Positions 1 to 9,103 of a stretch of 24,509 nucleotides of DNA are shown piece by piece. This stretch comes from a virus. Lineage: Duplodnaviria; Caudoviricetes. The position numbers and the translations under genes are program-made. The notes under the pieces were generated by a model, which worked only from the letters and a program-made list of their open reading frames with translations, was not told the origin of the DNA and did no database searches. The DNA lies in the IMG/VR virus record IMGVR_UViG_3300010354_000623, positions 1 to 24,509 of that record. The stretch is one strand, 5' to 3'. Each line of letters begins with the position of its first letter. Position 1 is the stretch's first letter.

Positions 1-2
1 AA

Positions 3-3000
3 GATAAAATATTAAAATTAATCACTGCGCCCGAATCAATAGATAAAGAATATTTATATCGAACTGCTGATGACGCTAGATATCAAGAAAATTTAAAAGC
101 ACTTTTATCTAATAAAGGTTTTATTCCAAATTTCGCTAATGCTATAGCTTTAAATAAAAGATATGAGTTCGATGGAAAATATGATTCTTTAAATGGTAAA
201 AAACGATTTAATGATATTGTTAAAGCCAATTCTACTGATAATATTATTCCTGCTTTTGTTGGTCCAAATGGAGTTTTTTATCATCATTCAATTCCAAGTC
301 ACGAAGGTTTAGTCAGGCAGTTTGGATTAACAAATTACGATCTTGAAAATTCAATCAAAGCTTTTATTCAAAATGGAGTTTTAACGATTCCAAATTTAGA
401 AGAAACTTTTCAGATGCAAGGAAAATTGCGCAGTCAATCGCTTATTGATTATGCTGCCAAATCAACAAGAAATCATTTAAAAGAATCTGGTTTAACAAAT
501 ATTATTGAAAAAACAAAGAAAAATGAAAAGAACGTTTTCTTTAAAGAATTGCCACAAAGCGAAGTTTTTGCCGCTTTTAATTCTTTAAAAAATGCTTCTT
601 GGAATGATTTTTCTGAGGAAAAAACTTATCAAAAAATTGAAAGTTTACCATTAGATAAAGCTCGCGAAATTATAGGTTTGCTTGAAGCAAAGATGGATAA
701 TAGAATTGGCGATTTTGTGCCAGATAATAATACAGCTCAAGCTCAAAAGAATTTCATTTCTGATGTTGCCCGAGTTAAAGCAGATTTACAACAAATTTTA
801 CAGGAAAAAGAAAAAGCTTCTCAAGAATTAAAAAAATTAAAAGGACAATTTGGCATTGGAGCGGGATTTTCAGGCGCATCGAGTTTTTCAAAAGGTTTTA
901 TTCCTAATTTTGCTACTGGTTATTTGAGTGATGTAATGAGTTTAGAAAGCAATTTGAGCAATAATACCGCTGTTCTTGATACAACAACTGGGCCTTATCC
1001 ATTTATCAGAAATACAAGTCAGCCAAATTTTGCAGCCGCAATCAGCGATCATGGCGGCGAGAAAAAAGCATTAAAAGATTCAATAACCAATCAAACAAAC
1101 GCAGGATTGTTGAGTTCGAGAGGAATGATTCCGAATTTTGCGCCGCCTCCTGCTCCATTTCAAATTTCTGGAATACAACAAGGAGTTGGCGGAACTTTAA
1201 TTACAGACAAACAAAAACAAGCACTACAAAATGCGGTAGATGCATATATTAAAGCATTGGCATCACCAATACAAAATATTAATGATGCAGATCAAGCATT
1301 TACTGCTTTAGAGAAAGATATAAATACTTTTATCACATCTAATGGTTTAGATCCTGCATCAGCAAAAGACATAGCCACACAGGTTCAAGCATATACAAGA
1401 AGTCTTGCTACTCAAGCTCAAAATTTAAAAACACAAAATCAACTCAATATAGCAAATAAAACAAACGACTATAATATTGCTTTAGAAAAACTTCAAACAA
1501 CTCTTAATAGATTAAACAATGATTTACTTTTATCAGATAAAGAAATTAATAATTTAAGAACAGAAGCTGTACAGCTTACTCAAACATTAGACACAACAGC
1601 GCAAGAAATATCACAACTCACTGGTGGTACAACAACACTACAAAGACCAACACAGACAACAGATAGAAGGGGTAATCCAATAGATATAATGGATCCTAGT
1701 GGATCTGCTTTAAATGCTCAAATAGGCAGAAGAGGAAGATTGGATAGGTTAAATCGCGGAGTTGGTAATATGAGTAGTAATTTGGCGCTAACATTTGGTG
1801 CGCCATTAATTGCAGGTCAATTGCAGCAAGCTATCGTTGGAAATACTGAGAGATTTCAACAATCAGGCGCTCAAAGGTTTGCTAATGAAGCTATTGGCAG
1901 TGGTTTTACTAATATTCAAACAGGAGCAATGATTGGCGCTGCACTAACTCCAATTTTAGGACCGTTTGGTCCATTGATTGGAGCGGCTGGAGGTGCTGCT
2001 GTAACTTTTACATCAGCTTTAAAAGGTGCTAGTGATACTTTAGAGGATTTACAAAAATCTGCTCAAGATTTAGCTCAAAAAAATAAATCTGATGTTGATG
2101 CGGTTAAAAACTTAATTCAATTACAACAGCAAATTGGACAAGAAACAGATCCGTATAAAATTAAAGAACTTTCTTATCAAATTGAAGATACTGTTAAGGG
2201 TATTCAAAATGCCAGATTACAAGACGAGGTAATGGCTGCTGGTGTTAGTATTAAAAATTTGAATGAAGCTATTGATAAATTCACAACTGAAAGCAGACAA
2301 AGAGAAAAAATTGCAAACATAGCTTCTAAGGCTAAACAATTTGAACAAACATCAGGTCTTGATACGTTTCAAGCGGCTGGGGTTTTGGGCGATTTTGGTT
2401 TATATTTTGATTCTCTCTTTGACACTAAAAATTTCCAAAAAAGAAAAAGAGACATTGAAAGAAATACTGGTTTTCAATTAGATGTTCGTAAAGGCGATAC
2501 TGCACTTCAAGCTATACCAAATCTTTTAGGAATACTTCCAGGTGTTGGAGGAAATTTAGCTGAACCATTTTCTTTTGATTTTGATAAAAATAGAGAACGT
2601 TTAGCAAAAGTTTTTTCTGATTTTACTGATCCATTTTTTGATTTAGAAGAGAAGATAAAAAATATACCTGACCAACCAAAAAAACAAGATTTACTGCTAG
2701 AATTTGATAAAGCAATTGCAACTATTGGTGATTTCACGACTGAAGCTGATATTCGTAAAAAATTTCAAATTTTTATCGATGAAGGATTAGTAACTGTTGA
2801 ATTAATTAATGAAATAGCAGCTGCAATTGATAATCAAATTGAAAATAGTTTACCAGGAAAATCCTTATTACAGAATTTTAAACAAATTATTGCATTAGGT
2901 CGAGGTGGACAACGCGGCAAAAAAACATCAGCTGAAACAGCTAAACAAGCTGGACAAAGATTAAAAACATTTTTTGCTGATTTAGATTTAGAAGTTGCAA

Positions 3001-6000
3001 AAATTAATTTTGGTATTGAAACTCAAATTAAAAAATTTGAATTTTCTAAAGAAATTGGTTCTTTAAATCTAGATAAATCTTTTGGTCTAATCAATCAAGC
3101 TTTTGGTGCGATTTCTAAAAACATTGATGATAATTTGCGTCCTTCTATCGATAAATTTGTAAATGATTTAAATGTTGCTCAACAACAAGCAGTTTTATCT
3201 TTAGAAGCGAGTATTTTTCCTCAAATTAAAGGTTTAAATTTAAATAAAGCAAAACAACAAAACGTATCGACTCTTAGTGAATTTTTGGCAAAAGAAAGTA
3301 GACCCGGCCAAATTGAAAATATTAATAAAGTTTTTGAAGCTTTAAATACTGGAAATCTCGATGAAGTTGCTAAATCGTTAGAAAAAGTTGAACTTTTGAG
3401 AGCCGAAGATAGTCAAATTGCTAAAAGATCTGCTCTTGAAAAAATTAAACAAACTCAAGAGCAAGCAAATTTAGATGCTGAATTGGCTCAAACAAGATTT
3501 GATACAACTCAATTCTGGTCTAATAAACAAATTGAATTATTGAAAAAAATCGGCGAAGAAGAATTTAAATTGAGTCAAATTAAATTAGCGAACGCACAAA
3601 AAGAAAAAGAATTAATTCAATCAATTACTTTTGAAGGAGCAAAAAGGCAAATTACTGGTCAAGGCGAAATAGAAAGAAAACAATTAGAAATGGAAAGACC
3701 ATTTCGTTTATTGGGTCGTGGCGAATTTGGTGTTCAAGATGAAAATTTTAGAATTCAACAGGAAATTTTTGAAAAACAACAAAAATTAGCAATAGATCAA
3801 GCTTTAAATGATGCTGCAATTGCAGATGTTCAACGTCAAGTTCTTGAATCTAATACGAACGCTACTGCTGAAAATACTAAAGCGATTTACGAATCAATTG
3901 CTAGAATAAATTTAGAAAAACAATCGGCAGCTACTACTTCAATAGCGGAAACCGGAAGCAAAATCGAAAGAAAAGCGTTTCTTCTAGAAACAGTTAATAA
4001 AGATATCGAGAAATTTGAAGATAAAAGAAAGCAAAATATAGATACTCAAATATCTGATAAGCAAAAAAAATTACAAACACAACAGGATTTATTAACCAAA
4101 ATTTCTATAGATCAAGCTGATTACGATAGGGAAACAAAACAGGCTGTTACAAATTATTTAACTCCTGCGGATCCAGAAAAAGCTAACGCAGAAAATAGAA
4201 AAAAACAAGCTGAAAAACTTCAACAGGATATAGAAAAAACTAAAGCTGAATTAAGTGCATTAGAAAAACAAAAAGCATCGTCCTCTGAAACAGACAAGAA
4301 CTATCAAGAATTGCAAACTCAAAGAACTTCATTACAGAATCAAATCGATGCATTAAAAACAGAAAAATCCAATCAAGAAGCAAATTTACAAAGTCTTAAG
4401 AAAGCCGCTGAAAAATTACCAACTGTTAGTGCGGTATCAGGAGTTAAAAGTAATTTAACTCAACTTCCGCCGGGTTTGAATTTAAATGAAAGTTTAGCAT
4501 ATTTACAAAATCAACGCTCTGAACAAGAAAGAATATTAGAAGGATATCAAGCCCAAGAAGATCAATTAAAAGATCGCAAAGCAAAAGGCGAAGAATTAAG
4601 TATTGCTGAAGAAAATAAATTAGTTTCTTTAAGAGGTCAAATCATAAACCAACAAAGAGTAGTTAATGATTTAAAGCTTAATGAATTAAAAACTACAGAA
4701 GCCATTGCTACTAACGAAGAAAGAATTAAAAATAATCAATTAGCAAGAGCTAAACGTGGTAAATTTTTAACTGGCGTTCAAGAAGGTTTTCAAGAAATAG
4801 TAACCCAGTCACAAAACTTTGAACAAAACTTCGGTAAAACAGCGGTGTTCGCGTTCAGAGATGGTTTAACTGGCGCTATTGATGCTGCAATGAACAAGAC
4901 TGATGACTTGGGCGCTGCTTTGATGGAAGTTGCTTCAGGGTTTTTAAGAACAATACAAGGAGCTTTAAATCAACAAATTGCTAATAATTTAGTAATGGGT
5001 ATTGGATCTGCGTTCCCTTCTGCCACCGGAATAAATGCTCAAAGTTTTGCAAGAAGAAGAGGCGGTATTATTCGCGCTCAAGATGGAATTTATGTTCCAT
5101 CTATGGCTGGTGGAAATGGAATGGGTATACAAGATCGCGGCAGAACTGGTGATGTCAATCCAGCTCTTCTCGAAGATGGTGAATATGTTTTAAATAGAAA
5201 TGCAGTCGATTCATTAGGCGGACCAAGTGTTTTAGATAATTTGAATTTTAGACAGTTTCCTAGATTTGGAGGCGGTGGTGAAAATACAGGTTCTCTTTCT
5301 GGTAGCGCTGATTTTACTGAACCATTTTCTCAATTAAGTGAATTTGGAAAATCACAAAGTCCAGAATATCAAAATTATTTAGGTAAATTGCGTGAACAAT
5401 GGGAAAAAGATCAAGCCAAGAAAAAACAACGTCAAGCATTTATTAATCAGTTAATTATGACTGGTATAAGTGCTGGATTTACTGCTGGTTTGGGTTCTTT
5501 GTCTAGCGCTATTGCTTCATCGGGGTCTATGACTAAAACTTCTGTTTTAGGAACAAAGATGGATGCCGGGCGTTTAGATCAGGTAATAAGTATGCGTGAT
5601 ACAGCTCAAAGGGGTGGTTTAATGCGTTTTGCTTCTGGTGGTTATTTACCATATGGCAACCGTTTAAATGATACAATACCAGCATTATTAAGCGGCGGCG
5701 AATATATTGTTAATAGTCGCGCTGTTAGAAAATATGGCGTTGGCGGAATGAATCGTATTAATTCTGGTATCGCCCGATTTGAAGACGGTGGTATGGTTGG
5801 TGATGCCGCTAATCAAAATAATACTCCCGGTAATGTTGAATCTTCTAATACTAATAATGTTAGCATCAATATTACTGTAAATGCAAACGGCTCAGAGGGT
5901 TCCTCTGAGCAGACAAATTCAACAGATAAACAGCAAAGCGATAATGCTAATTTAGGCCGCAGAATAAAAGAAGCTGTTCTACAAGTTATTGTTGATGAAC

Positions 6001-6041
6001 AACGTTCTGGCGGTCTATTAGATTCAACAAAGAAAAAATAA
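3..6041 (+). CDS. Tail tape measure protein, very large, 5'-truncated (>2012 aa)
   Basis: The frame of the 414 ORF has no stop back to base 3 (DKILKLITAPES...), so ATG 414 is probably internal. Long Q/E/K/A/L-rich helical stretches, hydrophobic Gly/Ala segments (AMIGAALTPILGPFGPLIGAAGGAAV), typical TMP C-terminus (FASGG...DTIPALLSGGEYIVN...FEDGG...NVSINITVN...IVDEQRSGGLL), and position upstream of tail-tip genes. Confidence 0.92.
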   Translation, partial: DKILKLITAPESIDKEYLYRTADDARYQENLKALLSNKGFIPNFANAIALNKRYEFDGKYDSLNGKKRFNDIVKANSTDNIIPAFVGPNGVFYHHSIPSHEGLVRQFGLTNYDLENSIKAFIQNGVLTIPNLEETFQMQGKLRSQSLIDYAAKSTRNHLKESGLTNIIEKTKKNEKNVFFKELPQSEVFAAFNSLKNASWNDFSEEKTYQKIESLPLDKAREIIGLLEAKMDNRIGDFVPDNNTAQAQKNFISDVARVKADLQQILQEKEKASQELKKLKGQFGIGAGFSGASSFSKGFIPNFATGYLSDVMSLESNLSNNTAVLDTTTGPYPFIRNTSQPNFAAAISDHGGEKKALKDSITNQTNAGLLSSRGMIPNFAPPPAPFQISGIQQGVGGTLITDKQKQALQNAVDAYIKALASPIQNINDADQAFTALEKDINTFITSNGLDPASAKDIATQVQAYTRSLATQAQNLKTQNQLNIANKTNDYNIALEKLQTTLNRLNNDLLLSDKEINNLRTEAVQLTQTLDTTAQEISQLTGGTTTLQRPTQTTDRRGNPIDIMDPSGSALNAQIGRRGRLDRLNRGVGNMSSNLALTFGAPLIAGQLQQAIVGNTERFQQSGAQRFANEAIGSGFTNIQTGAMIGAALTPILGPFGPLIGAAGGAAVTFTSALKGASDTLEDLQKSAQDLAQKNKSDVDAVKNLIQLQQQIGQETDPYKIKELSYQIEDTVKGIQNARLQDEVMAAGVSIKNLNEAIDKFTTESRQREKIANIASKAKQFEQTSGLDTFQAAGVLGDFGLYFDSLFDTKNFQKRKRDIERNTGFQLDVRKGDTALQAIPNLLGILPGVGGNLAEPFSFDFDKNRERLAKVFSDFTDPFFDLEEKIKNIPDQPKKQDLLLEFDKAIATIGDFTTEADIRKKFQIFIDEGLVTVELINEIAAAIDNQIENSLPGKSLLQNFKQIIALGRGGQRGKKTSAETAKQAGQRLKTFFADLDLEVAKINFGIETQIKKFEFSKEIGSLNLDKSFGLINQAFGAISKNIDDNLRPSIDKFVNDLNVAQQQAVLSLEASIFPQIKGLNLNKAKQQNVSTLSEFLAKESRPGQIENINKVFEALNTGNLDEVAKSLEKVELLRAEDSQIAKRSALEKIKQTQEQANLDAELAQTRFDTTQFWSNKQIELLKKIGEEEFKLSQIKLANAQKEKELIQSITFEGAKRQITGQGEIERKQLEMERPFRLLGRGEFGVQDENFRIQQEIFEKQQKLAIDQALNDAAIADVQRQVLESNTNATAENTKAIYESIARINLEKQSAATTSIAETGSKIERKAFLLETVNKDIEKFEDKRKQNIDTQISDKQKKLQTQQDLLTKISIDQADYDRETKQAVTNYLTPADPEKANAENRKKQAEKLQQDIEKTKAELSALEKQKASSSETDKNYQELQTQRTSLQNQIDALKTEKSNQEANLQSLKKAAEKLPTVSAVSGVKSNLTQLPPGLNLNESLAYLQNQRSEQERILEGYQAQEDQLKDRKAKGEELSIAEENKLVSLRGQIINQQRVVNDLKLNELKTTEAIATNEERIKNNQLARAKRGKFLTGVQEGFQEIVTQSQNFEQNFGKTAVFAFRDGLTGAIDAAMNKTDDLGAALMEVASGFLRTIQGALNQQIANNLVMGIGSAFPSATGINAQSFARRRGGIIRAQDGIYVPSMAGGNGMGIQDRGRTGDVNPALLEDGEYVLNRNAVDSLGGPSVLDNLNFRQFPRFGGGGENTGSLSGSADFTEPFSQLSEFGKSQSPEYQNYLGKLREQWEKDQAKKKQRQAFINQLIMTGISAGFTAGLGSLSSAIASSGSMTKTSVLGTKMDAGRLDQVISMRDTAQRGGLMRFASGGYLPYGNRLNDTIPALLSGGEYIVNSRAVRKYGVGGMNRINSGIARFEDGGMVGDAANQNNTPGNVESSNTNNVSINITVNANGSEGSSEQTNSTDKQQSDNANLGRRIKEAVLQVIVDEQRSGGLLDSTKKK
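117..1142 (+). repeat. Dispersed peptide motif G-[FM]-I-P-N-F-A in TMP (117-137, 894-914, 1122-1142; partial QPNFA 1020-1034)
   Basis: Direct translation gives SNKGFIPNFA, FSKGFIPNFA and SSRGMIPNFA. Synonymous codons differ between copies (cca/cct/ccg; gct/gct/gcg), which indicates conservation at the protein level. Confidence 0.9.
5046..5792 (+). repeat. Duplicated TMP C-terminal module (D-x-x-P-A-L-L-x-x-G-E-Y-[VI]...R-F-x-x-G-G), copies at about 5046-5279 and 5604-5792
   Basis: DVNPALLEDGEYVLNRNAV...LN...RFGGGG versus DTIPALLSGGEYIVNSRAV...IN...RFEDGG. Confidence 0.85.
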
Positions 6042-7124
6042 ATGAAAAACGCAGTAGCACAATATGATGAAGTTGTTTATATCAACGGAATCAAATTAAA
6101 AGGCGTATCAGCTGTTGATGGTTCATACAGCCATCAATTTAAGCCATTGAATATAATGGGTCAAGGTGTTGTTAAAAATATATTAGGTGGTGTTCCAGAG
6201 GCTAATTTTTCTATTACTAGAAATTTAGGTTTTATTGATTTATTAGATCCTCTTTCTGCAAATAGTATAACTAAATTTGGCGACCATCAATTGCGCGGAT
6301 CATTAGGATACGGCGACAAAGTGTTTGGTTTTGAAACTGGTTTTTTATCTTCTTATTCTTACGCTGTTTCTTTAGGAAATTTTCCTACATCTAATGTAAA
6401 TATAAAAGCATATGGCGATATTGGCAGCGGTTTATATATAACATCAACAAATGAAAATGCTAACCAACAAGGCGTGCCCGGCACATTAAACGCTTGGGGA
6501 GGAAACTCTGATGGTTCAGACTTTCCAATTTATCCAGCAAATATTGTTTTAAATTGTCGAGGCGCGACAACAAATAGAGTTACAAGTTTTAATTTGTCTT
6601 TTAACGTTCCATATCATGAGATTTATAGCGTTAATAGTTCAATTCCAGTACAAGTAACTCCAAAATATCCAATTGAGGTTTTAGCTAGTTTTACTTTAGA
6701 AGCGGATGATTATGAAATACAAAGAATGACAAATGCTTTAAGAACTGGAATTTCTGACGCTTTTTCTGTTGATGTTTATGGAACTGTCTATAATGATGTT
6801 GAATTAAGAGGCAGTCTTTTTGAAGACAATACATTGCAAGTAGTTGGATTAACAGATGGTACTAATGAGCCTATTTATCTTTATAAAGCAGGCAATAAAA
6901 CATTAAAACTGTTTCATTTTGAATCTTCAGCATCTACTACAAGAATATCTTCGGAGCAATTATCAGCCACAGCTGAAGACGTGGCAACTATTAAAATTGA
7001 TTATATAACTTATCTTGATAGATCATTTAGTAATACTACTAGCGTTATTGATAATAAATACTTCTTATCTGTTCAAAATAAATCTGTTAAACAGTTTTTT
7101 GATCAGTTTGTAGAATTTACTTAA
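6042..7124 (+). CDS. Virion structural protein, probable tandem tail-tube-like fold (tube/tip junction)
   Basis: 360 aa; the ATG abuts the TMP stop. Two beta-rich halves have tube-like patterns (GVSAVDGSYSHQFKPLNIMG; RVTSFNLSFNVPYHEIYSVNSSIP...IEVLASFTL). The fold assignment is inference. Confidence 0.6.
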   Translation: MKNAVAQYDEVVYINGIKLKGVSAVDGSYSHQFKPLNIMGQGVVKNILGGVPEANFSITRNLGFIDLLDPLSANSITKFGDHQLRGSLGYGDKVFGFETGFLSSYSYAVSLGNFPTSNVNIKAYGDIGSGLYITSTNENANQQGVPGTLNAWGGNSDGSDFPIYPANIVLNCRGATTNRVTSFNLSFNVPYHEIYSVNSSIPVQVTPKYPIEVLASFTLEADDYEIQRMTNALRTGISDAFSVDVYGTVYNDVELRGSLFEDNTLQVVGLTDGTNEPIYLYKAGNKTLKLFHFESSASTTRISSEQLSATAEDVATIKIDYITYLDRSFSNTTSVIDNKYFLSVQNKSVKQFFDQFVEFT

Positions 7125-7160
7125 TTTTTAAATTTATTAAAGTGTATTATATAATGTTAT
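7125..7160 (+). promoter_or_regulatory. Only sizeable intergenic gap (36 nt); candidate promoter AAGTGTATTATATAAT
   Basis: Contains TATAAT (7150-7155) and AAGTGTA. AAGTGTA also lies just upstream of the start at 16604. Confidence 0.3.
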
Positions 7161-9101
7161 ATGGCAAATTCAATACCAGAATTGACACAAGTTACAGCTG
7201 TACCGAGTAATGCATTTATTTTATTGAGTTATTCTGGTGCTCCATCTCAAATTGTAACTTTTGAAAATTTTATAAAGAACTTTTCATTTGTTCAATCAAC
7301 CGCTGGAAATGATCTTTTATTAGGTGTGGGTAGTTCTAGTTCTCCTGTTGCTAGAATATCTGACGCTAGCAAGTATTTCGGTATCTCTAATTCAAGCGCT
7401 TTTTCTCCATTATCTTTATTGCATATAAGTGGAACAACAGGATCAAATGCTTTGTTAACGATTGAAAATCCAACTGGAGTTAATGGCGGCATAAGATTAT
7501 ATGACAATACTGGTTCTTGGTATATTTTAAAAGACAATACAAATAATTTTTTTATTAGTGGTACGCGAACTAATGATATTTATAACAACAGTTTATTCAT
7601 TAATGCAAGTGGTGATGTTTTGATCACAGATGGTTCTCAATATGTTAATACAAATGTAGATACAGGCATAAATGTTCAATTATTCGCTGCAAATAATATT
7701 AGATTAAGCGTTGATAACAACAGTTCATCTAATGATTTTACTTTCAATGCTAATGGCATAAACTCAACAAACGATTTATATTTAGGATATAGTTTACCAT
7801 CTAATCCGACTAATGGTTCTTATTTTGGTTTAAGTGGTGCAGTTTTTGTTGATAAAGATGATGCGACAGTTCGAATTGGCGATACAAATAGAGCAACAGA
7901 TGCTCGTTTAATGGTTTCTAATTCTGCTGTTGCTTCTGCTCCATATAAAACATTTTTAGTTGAAGACGCTGGTGTTCCAAATATATTTTTAAGAACAACT
8001 GGAAGCTCGAATACGGCTTCTATTTTATATAATCAATCTATTTCAGAATTACATTTTGCTTTAAATAAAGCTTCTGCATCTACAGCTTCTACAGATCCAA
8101 TTATTTTTGATTTAAGCAATAAACAATTAGGGGTTGGTGGTATTTCTCCAGATTATCCGTTAGATGTTATTGCGACAACTAGTTTATTGTATAGATTTCA
8201 AACAAATCAAGATTCTGCACTTACAAGAATTCAATCTAATTATGCAGGAGCAAGTGGTCCTGTAAACTATGTTGCTACTGCATACGGTTCTGGAGATTAT
8301 AATTCATTTTTGATTGGTTATGATTTTGATAAATCCGCTTCAGGTCCATCAGGTCCAAGCGTAAGACAGGGGCAGTTTTTCTTTCAAACAGGCGATTCAA
8401 CAAATTCTTATTTAAGTTCTAGAAATATTGTAACGATTTCTGATGCTGGTGATATTGATGCTAAAGGATTATATACAAGCGATAGCAATTATTGTTATGG
8501 CAAATTCTTGCAAATACATAGAGCTAATTGTGTTAGTGGAAATCCTATTTATTTAAATTTTGATAATATTGATTATGGATTTCAAACGTCAGGTAGTGTG
8601 GCTTATCATACTTTATTGCCAGCAAGTGGTAGAATTATCGGTGTTGATTTTCTATGTCAATTGAATAGCGGAGTAAATAATGCTACTGGATATTTAATTT
8701 TTACTAAATACCCTAATTTACAAGAAGTCAATGTTGGTGGTGTGAATTATATTAGCGGAAGCAACAATGCTGGTACTGCTGGATTCTTGCCAGTTTGGAA
8801 TCCTTATACAAGTGGTTATCAAGTTCCAAGTTTTTCAAATCATGTATACGTAACAGGCGCAATCACTGGTCAAGGAATTCTTAATTTAAAAGCAAGAATA
8901 GGAAATACAACAGTTGGTAACCGTTTTGTTGGTACTACCGCTAATTTAAATTTCAACAGATATCAATTTGCAAGTTGGGTTGCTTATGCTGTTTCATCAG
9001 CGGGCGCATTTATTCCATTAACTGGCGCTATGAATTTGACAACAGTAGCGGAATATTTTTATACGTCTGATACTGATTCTGCAACTGGAACTTATATTTA
9101 A
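7161..9101 (+). CDS. Tail fibre/spike-like beta-rich protein
   Basis: 646 aa, S/T/N/G-rich. Short N-terminal anchor-like segment (IPELTQVT...IVTFENF) and degenerate G-I-G...P...L-[HD]-[VI] fibre repeats (FGISNSSAFSPLSLLHISG; VRIGDTNRATDARLMVS; LGVGGISPDYPLDVI). Confidence 0.65.
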   Translation: MANSIPELTQVTAVPSNAFILLSYSGAPSQIVTFENFIKNFSFVQSTAGNDLLLGVGSSSSPVARISDASKYFGISNSSAFSPLSLLHISGTTGSNALLTIENPTGVNGGIRLYDNTGSWYILKDNTNNFFISGTRTNDIYNNSLFINASGDVLITDGSQYVNTNVDTGINVQLFAANNIRLSVDNNSSSNDFTFNANGINSTNDLYLGYSLPSNPTNGSYFGLSGAVFVDKDDATVRIGDTNRATDARLMVSNSAVASAPYKTFLVEDAGVPNIFLRTTGSSNTASILYNQSISELHFALNKASASTASTDPIIFDLSNKQLGVGGISPDYPLDVIATTSLLYRFQTNQDSALTRIQSNYAGASGPVNYVATAYGSGDYNSFLIGYDFDKSASGPSGPSVRQGQFFFQTGDSTNSYLSSRNIVTISDAGDIDAKGLYTSDSNYCYGKFLQIHRANCVSGNPIYLNFDNIDYGFQTSGSVAYHTLLPASGRIIGVDFLCQLNSGVNNATGYLIFTKYPNLQEVNVGGVNYISGSNNAGTAGFLPVWNPYTSGYQVPSFSNHVYVTGAITGQGILNLKARIGNTTVGNRFVGTTANLNFNRYQFASWVAYAVSSAGAFIPLTGAMNLTTVAEYFYTSDTDSATGTYI

Positions 9102-9103
9102 TC

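Noticed and set aside
414-416. ATG 414 as the TMP start
   Set aside because: The frame is open from base 3 and has a GFIPNFA motif upstream, so the gene most likely begins before the window.
7121-7140. ttaat...attaa hairpin as a terminator
   Set aside because: 5-bp AT-only stem with no U-tract; too weak.
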